A program made the position numbers and the translations under genes. A DNA stretch of 63,194 bases, filler included, from Octopus bimaculoides (Eukaryota), in the NCBI RefSeq assembly GCF_001194135.2. It is 8 parts of 7 records of this genome, joined end to end, with 100 filler letters (N's around TTAATTAATTAA, not from the genome) between each part and the next. Parts side by side here need not be neighbours in the genome. Positions count along the whole stretch, not along the records: positions 1 to 9,410 come from NC_069008.1; positions 9,511 to 17,795 come from NC_068986.1; 6 more parts are not named here. One strand, 5' to 3'. Each line of letters opens with the position of its first letter. Positions within the stretch are counted from its first letter, which is position 1. The notes below the pieces were generated by a model, which saw only the letters and a list, made by a program, of their open reading frames with translations, ran no database searches and was not told the DNA's origin. Below, in pieces: positions 1 through 12,600 of this stretch.

Positions 1-190
1 CATCATTTAGTGTCTGTTTTTCCATGCTGGCATGGGTTGGACGGTTTGACAGAGGCTGGCAAGGCCATGAGCCACATCAAGCTCCAGTGTCTGTTTCGGC
101 AGGGTTTCTACAGCTGGATGCCCTTCCTAATGCCAACCACTTTACAGAGTGGCACTGGGTGCTTTTTACATGGCACCAGCATCGAGCTTT
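1..190 (-). mobile_element. SINE fragment, family ending in (GAT)n tail
   Basis: ttccatgctggcatgggttgg...ctacagctggatgcccttcctaa core also seen at 2343-2520 (same orientation) and twice at 14440-14916 (opposite orientation). Confidence 0.75.
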
Positions 191-827
191 TAGTGTCATC
201 AGTACATCTTCAAGCAGAAACAGGTGTAACCCAAGGAAGTTGATTATATAATTCCTGTTTCCTTGTCATTTATTTAATTTCACAGAGAGACACAGAGAGA
301 GAAAGAAAGATTTCTTTCAGTTTTTGCCTACCAAATCCACTCACAAGGCTTTGGTTGGCCTAGGGCCATAGTAGAAGACACTTCCTCGAAGTGCTACACA
401 GTGGGACTGAACCCGAAACCATGTTATTGGGAAGCAAACTTCTTTCCACACAGCCACATCATGAAAGACCTGGCAGCGTATCTGCTAAACTGAGGTCAGA
501 TTGAGATATTTTTCTGGAATAACTGAAACAAGATACCAAGGAAATGGTTTGCTGGAATTCCTGAAGAATTCTCTTGGAGTTGGTTACCTGATTCTCTTCT
601 AAATATTGTGAAATATGTTAAATCCAGGATTCTTTACTGTTCATATCTAAAGTGTCAGACTTTCTCATAAAACTGGAATATTGCAGGTAAATTGTCGTTA
701 AGGTTTGAGTTACAGGTGAAAAACTGTGGGGTGTTGGTGGGGAGAACATCTGGTTTGTTGGCCTACATTGAAAATTGGATGAGATAAATTGTTGAATTAT
801 GAACTGTTGGAGCATCTCAGATGTATC

Positions 828-863
<36 letters not shown>

Positions 864-1124
864 CATCATCATCTTCACTGTCATAATCATCAACAGTATT
901 TTTACTTTCTATCTCTCCGTGTTGCCATGGGATACACAAAACTTTTAGAGGTTGGTTTGTCTATCGATGAGTGCCCTTCCTGTGGCCAATCCTCACCTGT
1001 TTCCAAGTCAGATAATATTGCCCCATGGCTAGACATGTTTTTCATGGATGATTGGAAATGAATGACCCTGCTTTTATGACAGGGACAATCGTTAACAATT
1101 ATCACATGATGTCAAGGCAAAGGG

Positions 1125-1222
<98 letters not shown>

Positions 1223-2100
1223 TAGGCTTGCCATCAAGAAAGCCTCTGTGTACAAGAAATAGCAGCCATATCTCCCTCATAACATTAGCATCATTAAAAA
1301 GGTGTAGTGGACACATTAGGTGATGGGTTGGTCATGGTTAGAATGTCAATGATCATAGGCCTGAAGATGGTTATTGTTGACCTGGGGCTAAACAACAACA
1401 CCCCAAAGCAGAGCAGAAGACAGGGTTTCACTTCTCAACTGCTACCTCTTTGTTACAACACCCTCACCCCCTTCCCTTTAGTTACTATAACAACAGGAGT
1501 GGGGGTGGCAGGAAATGGGAGGGGTCTGGTGTAGTTGTTTAGCCCCAGGTCTGTCCTTATCGAACAGATCTATGTTCAAAGATGTTCCAGCCATGACCAT
1601 CGCATTGGACTACAGGGTCCAATGTGTGCCATTCGAGGAAATATGGTTGCTATTTCTAGCTTCATGAACAACCACATAGAGGCTCCTTCATTAGAACGTT
1701 TGTGCTTATGTGGACCTGTGCCCTGTGTGGGTGTATTGTCTTCCTCAGCTGTGAGTTGAACCTCTGTCCCCCCTGATTCACTCACCACCATGAACATTAA
1801 ATTTCTTAGAGTCAACATTATTGAACTGTGAGATCAATACAGCTAATATTTGATATAAGTAGCTTAGTAATGATGACGACGGTGGTGGTGGTGGGTGAGT
1901 GATCGCTGGCTGTTGGCTTATCTCCCATCTCACAGCATCCAGATTAAACTCTGTTCAGCTCTGTTGACCTCTGACAATCAACACCCATGACCCTCCTTCC
2001 TCACATTTATTGATTGCTCACTACCTCTACTTTTCCGCCACACCCAACAACTATCTCCACACAAACAACATTGCTGCAAACCATATCTATGAGTGTGTGC

Positions 2101-2148
<48 letters not shown>

Positions 2149-2175
2149 CTATCTATTTATCTATCTGTCTGTCTG

Positions 2176-2245
<70 letters not shown>

Positions 2246-3480
2246 TATTTATAACAGTTCCATTGTATGTAGAATCTACAAAAAGGTACTCCTTCCAGAA
2301 AGAGATAAATATCATTTAATATACACAATTGTGTGTATATCGCCATCATCATTTAACGTCCGTTGTCCATGCTGGTATGGGTTAGACAGTTTGACCAGGG
2401 CTGGTAAGCTGGAAGGGCTGCACCAGGCTCCCGTCTGATTTGGCAGGGTTTCTACAGCTGGATGCCCTTCCTAACACCAACCGCTTTACAGAGTGTAATG
2501 GGTGTTTTTACGTATGGACATCTGCCTCAGTCACCACTGTCTGGCCCAGACAAGCATGGACAGGCGGAGGTTAAATGCTGGTGATGATATCTATCTATCT
2601 AACTGTCTGTCCGTTTGTCTGCCTGTCTCTCTCTCTTTCCTCCCCCTCTCCCTCTTTGTCTTTATCTTGTCTGTCTGCCTGCTAGTCCCTCTCTATCTCT
2701 CTATTTATAGATACACACACTCACACAATGGGCTTCTTTCAGTTTCCATCTACCATATTTACTCACAAGGCTTTGGTCAGCCCAGAGTGAAAATAGAAGA
2801 CACTTGCCCAAGGTGTCATGCAGTGGGGCTTGAACCCAAAACCACATGGCTGCAAAGTGAGATTCTTAACCATGCAGCTGGCCCCTTTCTTTCAAGGTTC
2901 CCCTCAAGGTCACCCCATCACCACCACCACCACCACCATCCTCCCATTTATTAGATATGTTTCTTTGAGTCGTTAATATTAAATCTGAATTAATGTTGTC
3001 AAATATTTGAGAAAATTATTTCTGAATTTATTTTTGTTGTAAATTGTTAGTTTTTGATACAAAACAAACTTTTTTTGTCTTTTTTCAAAGAATGTTTTAT
3101 GTTTTCTGCCTTTTTTGGTGTCTGAAAGTTTTAAGCTATTGAGTAAGAGAATTAAAAAAAAACTGGGTCCATTCCTGAGAGATTCCCCATCATCACCACC
3201 ACCATCAGCATCATCATGATCAACTTCAGTATCATCAGCAGTACTATTATCACCATGACCATCACCGTCACCACCACCACCGTCATTTCTTTATACTCAT
3301 TAATGTGGTGGCTATAATCCATTGCCCACATCTCACAGCCATTTATTATCTCTCACCTACAACAAGAGATGAGTCTTCATCCTTCTGTATGTTGTTATTG
3401 TTTTATAGCTCAATGCCCTTCCTGTGGCCACCCCCTTTGAAATGGGGAGGGGAAGTCTCATCATATATGCACCATTTACG

Positions 3481-3513
3481 CTGACGAAGGGTAAATACCC
3501 AGAAACTCGAGTC
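3481..3513 (+). ncRNA. Minimal hammerhead-like motif, stem I degenerate
   Basis: CTGACGA-A-GGGT-AAAT-ACCC-A-GAAA-CTCGAG-TC. Confidence 0.5.
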
Positions 3514-3678
3514 CTTGCGTATCACGTCAGATCGACGATGGGAAAGATGACTTCCCTTTGCAAATACTGACAGGGCACAGAAAGTGTGTCAATAGCCAGC
3601 TGGAGGAGATGTTCTCCTGGGGCTAAAAGCAACAGTAGCATTCATCTTTAGGGTCTAGCCACATTTAAGTGGCAAATA

Positions 3679-3724
<46 letters not shown>

Positions 3725-4678
3725 GTGAACAAATGAAAGAAAGAGGGACTAAGCACATTTTGTAGGGGTCACATGTATTAGTATTTAAAACAGTTTGATT
3801 TGGCCCCATGCAACTTAAGGTTTTGTAGGCTCAGTTAAAGGATTCAGTTAGCTGAGCCTTATAAGGTAAGCTTCTAACTGGATCAAAGTGTTTTAAATAG
3901 CACTGCATTGAAAGGTAAATAAACACACCTGCACCCGACTGTTGTTTCTAGCTGTTTGTTGACCTTTATTTTGCAAGTTCATCTTCTGTTTGTCATCGTT
4001 ACAGTTCCCTTACAAACTTTCAAAAGGCAAAAGACCCAATTTTCAGGCAAGTGGTTCACACAGTAGTTGTAGAAATTTCTAGACTAGCCTTTACCCTCCT
4101 GTCAAGACACTAGAGGCCCTAGATCCCAGTCAACTCCCTTCAACCCATCCACTCCCTTCAACAATTGTTGAAACTTCACAACCCTGTAACTTCCTCCTCT
4201 CTCTCTCCCTACATACTATAACCAACCCTTTCTCATAAAACTAAAAGAATCCCAACTTGAAAATCTAGTGCAAACCCATCACTTCAGCTGACCCCTTGCT
4301 ATACTATGGATATTCCCTTTTTAATGCCTTTTCATATTGTTTACTAATTCTCTTTAATTAACTAAAGCACCTTTACAAATGAAGTTGATACAAGTTATTT
4401 TTTATGTCATTTTTTTTCTCAAATTGATATAAATAAATATTGTTGTTGTTGATGATGATGTCCAAACTGAAATAAAACTTCCCTTTGATAACAATTTGTG
4501 TGATGTGAACCTTGGTTCTATGACACCCCTCTCCTTTTTTAAAATCATTCAACTAAAACCTGGTAATTTTATGTCAGTAATTTCTGTTATGGCCCAAACA
4601 CCATCTTTAATATCCCAACATATATATTTGTCTTCTTATGTTCCAAACACTATCTATGTATTTGTATTACTTAAATAA

Positions 4679-4716
<38 letters not shown>

Positions 4717-5178
4717 TAGAGTCCCCAAATGTCATTGTTTGTTTGTCCCCAAAAATGTCATCTGCATGATATACTTGTGTGATGTGTGACCCCTTAATTT
4801 ACATGTGCTTCCCATGCTGACAAGGTTTGAGCTGGTCATCCCAATTATCTTAAGTTCCAATACATCCTCTGGCTTGCGTCTGATGTCGTTCAGTTTCCTC
4901 GTCACTGAGTCGAGGACCACAAACCCTTGCTTTTACTGGGAGATAATGAAGTAAACTTTATATGGTGATGTGACTTACTAGACACTGCAGCCAACCTGTC
5001 TTAAAAGAAGGACCCACTGAATAATGTAGTCTGAAATACAGTATCCCTAGAAAACAAAATATCTTTAGGGGCCCTTAAGAAAGTCCTTCAACCATAGAAA
5101 CTAAGGCAACACAGGGGACACTGGAACATGACACTGTCCTTTCATTTGTTGTCTTGTATTGAACTAGTTTGCCTTTGG

Positions 5179-5402
5179 CCTTTAGCATTTAATCTGGCCA
5201 AAATATTCTGCCTTTTTTTTTATGTTCAAACTGGCCAAGGCCCAACCTCTCACACCTACTTTACAATGTTATAGTGAAAAATAAATTATCAGATCACTGA
5301 AATTTTGAAGCCAAACAAAATAAATGCATGATTAATTCAAGACTAATGTGAATAAGTAAGCATTTAATGCTTGACAGAAAAATCTGAATGCTAAAGGGTT
5401 AA
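5179..5402. mobile_element. Probable piggyBac-type MITE
   Basis: Right end gaatgctaaaggg|ttaa and degenerate left end cctttagcatt. A similar aaaggg|ttaa end lies at 9818-9827. Confidence 0.45.
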
Positions 5403-6029
5403 GCCATAGCACAATATAAGAATGAGACATTAAACGACGGTGAGGGTAACGATGAGGATGTAACCAGAGATTTCCTGTATCAATGTTATTGAGGTGGGGA
5501 GAGCTAAACAATCACAGATTGTCTTTGTTGTCTAGATTGCTGTGTCAGAGGATCAAATGCTGGGATGAGCTGACATCAAGCTGATATATGAAACCCCCTT
5601 CCAGGGTCATATTTCACCCAAACAACTTGTTTGTGTAACTGAATCACTTTCTGTGGGCCATGGGTGTTTGTAGAGGCCTACACAGGTGACAGGCTGACCT
5701 TTAGCCCGGGGAACCTCAATTCTCTGTCTGCTGACAGAATTTGAGATTCTCAGCCTTTTATTAATTCACGATGGTTTCTGTAATTGGAGGATCATCCTTA
5801 ATTATTGCCTTTGTTGTGGGTGTGTAAAGGGGGTCAATGAAATTAGGGATTCACTTTCACTCTCTTCCCTCTTTATCATCACCGTCCTCATCTTCGTTAA
5901 CAACATTGCAGTTGTACAATAATGAATTTTTTAATTATTAAAACAAGCAAATAAAATACAATTGTTTTTTTAGCCCCAGGTCAGCCCAATCCAGTAGTCC
6001 AAGGATGAAAGGTATCCCTGCTGTCTTTT

Positions 6030-6415
6030 ATCTTTTACTTGTTTCAGTCATCAGACTGTGGTCATGCTGGAGCACCACCTTCAACAAGTTTATTCAAATG
6101 AATCAATCACAATACTTTATTTTTAAAAATCTTGTTTTGAAACTTGTGATTATTCTATCGATCTCTTTTGTAAACAGACCAGCACTGGTTGTCAGGGGAG
6201 AACAAATACAAAGACATGCACACAGATATGCATGTGTGTGTGTGTACACACACACACACACACACACTAGGTTTCTTTCTGTTTCTTTCTACCAAATCCA
6301 CTCCCGAGGCTTTGGTCAATGCTGTAGTAAAAGATGCTTGCCCAAGGTGTCATGCAGTGGGACTGAACCTGGAACTATGTGGCTGGGAAGCAAACTTCTT
6401 AACATACAGCCATAT
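6030..6415 (-). mobile_element. tRNA-derived SINE, near complete, abundant family
   Basis: ttttacttgtttcagtca...accaaatccact...gcagtgggactgaacc. Related copies or fragments at 310-460, 2730-2880, 16045-16135, 31475-31805, 46840-47000 and 59275-59660. Confidence 0.8.
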
Positions 6416-8478
6416 ATGTTAATATATGGATATGTGTACCTTTGTTCCTGTGTCTAGTGGTGACCAGCATTTGGACATGTGCATGTGAACCTTCTCCACA
6501 CTCTGTACAACCTAGGAGGGCCAGAACCTTCCCCTATTGCCGTTCAGTAGATTGCTAGAACTTTAGCCCTCCATGACTAGATTTGAGATGAGTACTGGAA
6601 TGATTTCCAGGCATGGGATTTGAACTCAGAATCTAGAGAGTGAGATTTACTGTAAAACATTTTTTACGAAGGGTGCGTGTGTCTCCTTGTTCAGTTATGA
6701 TGTTATGAGTTTGGTAAGTATGAATGAAGAAGAGAAGCCATCTTGAAAGCTAACATGGAGTCTTTATTCCTTTGTGATATCTGCACAGTAGTTTTGGACA
6801 CAAAGAAAGCATTAACAAGTTCTGTAAGGTTGTCCTTTCTCCCTCATCCTGGTGATTAAGCTAAGCCCATCATTGTTTGTATGTCTCCGTTGTGTGTCGG
6901 TTCTTCTATGGACGGCTGGTTTCTGCAACCCACCTCCTCCCTACCTGGTGAAATGTTTGTTCAACCAATTTATGGAGTAAAATGGGCTCAGAAAACATAT
7001 AGAAATTATCATTTAAAATATGTTAAGCAAAACGTGATTGCACTTTTACTCCAATTTCTGACTAATCATGACACAACTGACTCAAAATCCATGTGATGGA
7101 TATCTTAACCAATCAAATTAGTGTGGTGAGCCAACAATTATATGATTGCTACATGTATAAATAAAACTTAATGATCATTTAATGCAACAACACAACTTGT
7201 TCTCGCTACACATCTCCACGAACCAGACAATGATTCTGTCTCTTTCCCACCTGCAGAGCAGCACGAAAGGAAGTGTTTCGCTCAAAAACATAACACTCTG
7301 CCTGGTCCAGAATTCGAACCCACAATCTAGCGATTGTGAGGGCAATGCCCTAACTTGTAGGCCTCTCTCTCTCCATAGGTGCAAGTGTCATAACTGCATT
7401 CAGAACTCTTGCAATGATGACATTTCACAGGTTGCTATGACAACTCTCAGATACACNNNNNNNNNNNNNNNNNNNNNNNNNNNNNNNNNNNNNNNNNNNN
7501 NNNNNNNNNNNNNNNNNNNNNNNNNNNNNNNNNNNNNNNNNNNNNNNNNNNNNNNNNNNNNNNNNNNNNNNNNNNNNNNNNNNNNNNNNNNNNNNNNNNN
7601 NNNNNNNNNNNNNNNNNNNNNNNNNNNNNNNNNNNNNNNNNNNNNNNNGCATATATTTTTATATGGTTGTGCTACCTTACCTATGTATTTGTGTGTGTGG
7701 ATGTAACCTCTACACACACACACACACAGAGCAACACCTTCACACACACACACAGCCAGGTGTGTATGCACATAGAACAGTTTGAATCCATTATCTCAGT
7801 TCTCAGGTGTTGGAGTTATTAATTAGAAGTCAATGTCACTTGTTAATCTGTGTGAGCTAATGAAGGGAGTGATCGTTTAATGAGTTAATCCAGCTGTGTC
7901 TGTTGTTGTTTAAACCAAACTCAAGGTTACACTCAACCTCATCTCTCACTCAATGCTAGTCTTTGAGTGTAGTTACATCTACACCACTCCTTTACCAGCT
8001 CCAATGCGACCCCCATCCCCCACCCTGCTATATTGTTAGTAATGTGTGTCTTATTGTACTTCAACATAATCTTGCCTGTCCCCTAATTTCCCACTAAGCA
8101 ACTGAATGGAGCCACATAAGAATACGGTAGGGGTCATTCCCAATATCAAGTGTTTCTCTGGTAGCCCTCCCCCACCACCATCACCTCAGCACAGCTCCCC
8201 CCCACCCACATTCAGTAAATGATACAGTACCCTCCCCCACTCCATCGTTTCACCTGAGAGGTCGCAGCTGTTGTTTTTTGTTGTTGTTGTTGTTTAACCC
8301 CAGCACAGTCCAATCCTAATCAAGCAGACTTATGATCAAAGACGCTACAACCATGACCATCCCATCTAGGTGTACATTATCTCTATAAGAACGTGATGAT
8401 GGTTTGGCTGTCATTTCAAGTGACCACCACAACAGAGTGCCTGATGCTGTAATGCCGTCCTTTCTCTCTCTCTTTCAG

Positions 8479-8607
8479 AACACAGCCTGTCTCGATGACT
8501 TTGACAGAATCAAAACCCTGGGCACTGGATCATTTGGCCGTGTGATGTTGGTCCAACACAAGGCCAACAAGGAATACTATGCCATGAAGATACTGGACAA
8601 ACAAAAG
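8479..8607 (+). CDS. Pka-C1: Internal exon of cAMP-dependent protein kinase catalytic subunit (PKA-C; PRKACA/PRKACB orthologue), Gly-rich loop and catalytic Lys
   Basis: Translates to [43 protein letters not shown]. Acceptor ctctctctttcag, donor gtaac, 129 nt, phase 0/0. Matches the span of vertebrate PKA-C exon 3 ([24 protein letters not shown]...[10 protein letters not shown]). Confidence 0.96.
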
Positions 8608-8639
8608 GTAACACATTTTCTCATTGGTCAGTCTTAAAC

Positions 8640-8880
8640 TGTAGTCACCACACTACTGTAGTCTACATCATTGGTTGTCCTCCGATGATGCTCATGCACA
8701 AGCTGATGAGTTGTCTCCACATTCCAGGGACATTCTTCTATCCTCAAAGTGCCTCTGCCACTCAGGACATTGCATATGACCCATTGCCTCGTCTCTGCAA
8801 ACTTGTCAAAGCTTGCTCGATGTCTTTGTAGCAGACTTCCCAAGTTTAATGCAAAATTTCCCGTTGGCCCTTTGTTCCGT
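8640..8880 (-). mobile_element. Decayed mariner transposase N-terminal fragment
   Basis: Minus strand reads QRANGKFCIKLGKSATKT...EAMGHMQCPEW with stops, resembling the 47188 ORF (QRANVKFCIKLGKSATET...AAMGRTQCFEW). Confidence 0.65.
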
Positions 8881-9138
8881 TTGAACCTGAAACTATGACT
8901 CTCACTAACAATACGCTAAGGGACCAAGGGACCAAGGGACCAGCTGAGTGTGAGATATTCAGCTCGGTAGAGCAGCCAGTTTTCTATGTGAGTTAGCCTT
9001 CTCCGAGGGGGATACCTTGACAAAGACCAGAAGTCCCTCGCTCCCAGTGAGCGTATGTATACATGCAGGTATATATGCAGGTATATATGCAGGTATATAT
9101 GCATGGATATATATATCTATCTATATCCACACACACAC

Positions 9139-9176
<38 letters not shown>

Positions 9177-9410
9177 AGAGTGATTGTGTAGAGGACGAAA
9201 GACGAATTGTCACTGCTGTCTACATCCTAGTAGGCTACGGGCTGTTCACTGCTTTTGTAAAGAAACATCGATTCCTTACCAATTCAGTGAATTAAAAATA
9301 TTGTCATTCACTTGACTTTGATGTTGTTGTTGTTCTCTTTGTCAATTTTAATTCACACTGAAACACATGAAATGTGGTGCATTCTCTCACTACCCCCACC
9401 CCCACCTCCC

Positions 9411-9510
9411 NNNNNNNNNNNNNNNNNNNNNNNNNNNNNNNNNNNNNNNNNNNNTTAATTAATTAANNNNNNNNNNNNNNNNNNNNNNNNNNNNNNNNNN
9501 NNNNNNNNNN
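9411..9510. other. Artificial scaffold join (44 N + TTAATTAATTAA + 44 N)
   Basis: The same 100-nt format recurs at 17796-17895, 33233-33332, 37001-37100, 53031-53130, 59175-59274 and 62057-62156. The 12-mer gives stops in all six frames. Confidence 0.95.
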
Positions 9511-10649
9511 GTTGTATACCCAATTGAATATTAGCTAATAACCCATTTTCTATAGCGATGTTTGAACAAAAATTTTAATAATTTTATATTTTGTTGAATT
9601 TACCTGTATTTACCTGTAATTAAAGTCACTTTGTGACAAAAATTTTGGTATAGAATTGGTTGAGAACCTTTCGTTAATTTATCTTCCAAAAATCACATTA
9701 ATATGTTGATAAATAAAAAAGTTAGAGTTGTTTAACGAAACCAGCCTAAATTTATGATTATGTTAGAAATTAATTGAAACACATAAGGGGTGTAATTTGG
9801 TTAGAAATATGGTAACGAAAGGGTTAAGGATGATGAATGAAACACCCATGTTTCCAAGGGTGAATTATTGAAACCCCAAAGAATCCCTCTCGACACATGG
9901 CTATGATGCTCCCCAACTACTCCNNNNNNNNNNGCCAAGTGATGAAAGGTTAGAGTGTGAATAGAGGGACAGAAACAGGAGTTTTTCAGTGAATGCGATA
10001 CTTCAGGACAGCGAGAGAAAAGAGAAGATGGAGAATAATGTGATGCGGTGGAGTACACTCAATTTACTGGGAGCTGTATATAAATGGAAGCAAGGATTGG
10101 AGAGGATGAGTGGGGTGGAAAGCTCATGAGATTGTGAAAAGAGAATTGTATTTGTCAAGGTGGTGAGCTGGCAGAATTGTTAGCACGCCAGGCAAAATGC
10201 ATAAAGGCATTGCGTCCATCTTTACAATCTGAGTTCAAATTCCACTGAGGTTGACTTTACTATTCATCCATTTGGGGATAATGAAATAAGTACCAGCTGA
10301 AAACTGGGGGTAAATGTTATTCACTTACTCCCCCCCCCATCAAATTTTAGGCCTTGTGCCTGTAGTAAAAAGGATTATTTGCCCATTGGTTAACCATTTA
10401 ACTAATTGATCATTTGATTAATCATTTGGTCAATCAATCAGTCCCTTTGCCACCATTTTTCAACTGCATTAACGACATGCCCTTGGTACTCCATTGAGTT
10501 CACATCAAGAATCTTGCAAACCAAATATAAAAAACCCCAAATTGTTTACTAATATTAAAACTAAAAATTGCATCATCAACCAGACACTTGGATGTTGTTA
10601 TACATCGCTGGTCACAATGCGTTTTTGCATTGTTTTAGCTTGATTAGGC

Positions 10650-11032
10650 GGAGGCGCAATAGCCCAGTGGTTAGGGCAGCGGACTCGCTGTTTCGATTCC
10701 CAGACCGGGCGTTGTGAGTGTTTATTGAGCGAAAACACCTAAAGCTCCACGAAGCTCTGGCAGGGGATGGTGGCGAACCCTGCTGTACTCTTTCACCACA
10801 ACTTTCTCTCACTCTTACTTCCTGTTTCTGTTGTTCCTGTAATTCAAAGGGTCAGCCTTGTCACACTGTGTCACGCTGAATATCCCCGAGAACTACGTTA
10901 AGGGTACACGTGCCTGTGGAGTGCTCAGCCACTTGCACGTTAATTTCACGAGCAGGCTGTTCCGTTGATCGGATCAACTGGAACCCTCGACGTCGTAAGT
11001 GACGGAGTGCCAACAACAACAACAACAACAAC
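10650..11032 (+). mobile_element. Full-length tRNA-derived SINE with (CAA)n tail and 13-bp target-site duplication
   Basis: A-box-like TAGCCCAGTGG, B-box-like GTTTCGATTCC, (caa)n tail, and AGCTTGATTAGGC at both 10637-10649 and 11033-11045. Confidence 0.88.
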
Positions 11033-11118
11033 AGCTTGATTAGGCAAGCAGGTCAACATTCTCCCTGATTGAAAGCTAGTCTGTCAGAGTTACTCATTTA
11101 TAGCTGAGTAAACTAGAG

Positions 11119-11607
11119 CAGTGTTTCCCAAAGTGGGAAGTACTGACCCTTGGGGGCAGTGGAAAGATCCATGAGGATGATCACGGGGTGGCCAAAATGG
11201 GGTGACAGATGTAAAATTTAAAATATTAATACGTTAATTAGGTTTAAGTTTTATTTGGAAATACAGTTGTTTTGAATTTGCTGCAGGAAGTGGTCTATAT
11301 TTATTTCTTTATTGCCCACAAGGGGCTAAACATAGAGGGGACAAACAAGGACAGACAAAGGGATTAAGTCGATTACATTGACCCCAGTGTGTAACTGGTA
11401 CTTATTTAATCGACCCCGAAAGGATGAAAGAGGCAAAGTCGACCTCGGCGGAATTTGAACTCAGAACGTAGCGGCAGATGAAATATCGCTAAGCATTTCG
11501 CCTGGCGTGCTAATGATTCTATATTTGTGGTGGGGAGGGAGAGGAAGTACTAGGAATGTGGCCAGGGTACCAAGGGGATGGCAGCCTGAAAAAGTTTGGG
11601 AATACTG
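11119..11607. mobile_element. hAT (Charlie/MER5-like) MITE interrupted by a SINE
   Basis: TIRs cagtgtttcccaaagt and agtttgggaatactg. 8-bp flanks aactagag and gactaaag (6/8 identical). Confidence 0.65.
11301..11520 (-). mobile_element. tRNA-derived SINE, third family, nested in the hAT MITE
   Basis: Reverse complement of the 37557-37815 copy. Further fragments at 10160-10380, 35915-36125 and 36180-36365. Confidence 0.8.
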
Positions 11608-11772
11608 GACTAAAGCAACATGAAATGCAGTGTTTTGCTCAAGAACAGAGGGCATCACTTGGTCCAGGAATTGAACTCATGATCTAGTGATTCTGAGTGC
11701 AACACCCTAACCACCAGGCTACGTGCCTTCACAAAACTGAAAACAATTATTTTAGATTCTGGAAATTAAAAT

Positions 11773-11776
<4 letters not shown>

Positions 11777-11842
<66 letters not shown>
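11777..11842. repeat. Pure poly(A) run of about 66 nt (poly-U on the SSRP1 sense strand)
   Basis: Direct reading. Confidence 0.9.
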
Positions 11843-11844
<2 letters not shown>

Positions 11845-11952
11845 TAAACAAATAAAAAAAAAATGGGTAGAAATTGAAAAAAATTAACTGCAAAAATCTG
11901 GAAGTTTACAACTCGTATCAGAAATATAAAACAAACAAAAAAAAAAACTCAC

Positions 11953-12058
11953 CTCTAAAACGGGTCACACCCCAGTTCCAGCCTCTAACAGAACAATCTA
12001 TTTTCTCCAAGGTGGTATCATAATGTTTCATAACAAATGATGACAATTTGTCGTATTC
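11953..12058 (-). CDS. SSRP1: SSRP1, next internal exon
   Basis: Translates to EYDKLSSFVMKHYDTTLEKIDCSVRGWNWGVTRFR(G), aligning to human EFEKLSDFFKTHYRLELMEKDLCVKGWNWGTVKFGG. Acceptor ggttttgttcag, donor gtgagt, 106 nt, in phase with the preceding exon. Confidence 0.94.
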
Positions 12059-12379
12059 CTGAACAAAACCAGAAAGCAATGTCAAAGATATATATATATC
12101 ACATTTATTGGCTTATGTCTTGAATATTTTGCTAACAAATTATCTATGAATATATTTGATTGAGAAGACCCATCAAGCCAATGCTGGTGTTACGTAACAG
12201 GCATTTGTGCCAGTGGCACGTATAGACCACCTTTAGAGCATTGGGCCTCACAAAGGCAAAGTGGCTGAGTTCTTTTCAAGTGTTGGGCCTCATGGAAGTA
12301 ATGACCAAGACCTTTGGCATTATGTCGTGCTTCAGAAGACCCATCAAGCCAAGCGGGCCTGGCATCGATCATGTTCAGA

Positions 12380-12600
12380 GTGCTTTTTACGTGCCACCAG
12401 CACAGGGGCCAGTCAGTGGTTACTGGCATTGGCCACGTTTGGTTTGTGCTTTTTACATGCCGCTGGCACGAGAGCCAGTCAAGGGGTACTGGTATCAGCC
12501 ACATTTGGATGGTGCTTTTTACATGCCACCAGCACAGGAGCCAGTCAGGCGGGCCTTGCATCAACCACGTTCGGACAGTGCTTTTCATGTGCCACCAGCA
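12380..12600. repeat. Degenerate 66-bp tandem array, about 3.3 units, SINE-derived
   Basis: gtgcttttt...gccacc/gccgct...gcac...gccagtc starts at 12380, 12446, 12512 and 12578. Confidence 0.8.

Noticed and set aside
9455-9466. TTAATTAATTAA as a biological homeodomain or PacI-type motif
   Set aside because: Always centred in exactly 100-nt N gaps, so it is an assembly spacer.
10650-10715. tRNA gene
   Set aside because: A and B boxes continue into a SINE body with tail and TSD. No complete cloverleaf.
12380-12600. CRISPR-like appearance of the 66-bp array (also 28451-28549)
   Set aside because: Animal DNA, no cas genes, units are homologous along their length, and there are no unique spacers.
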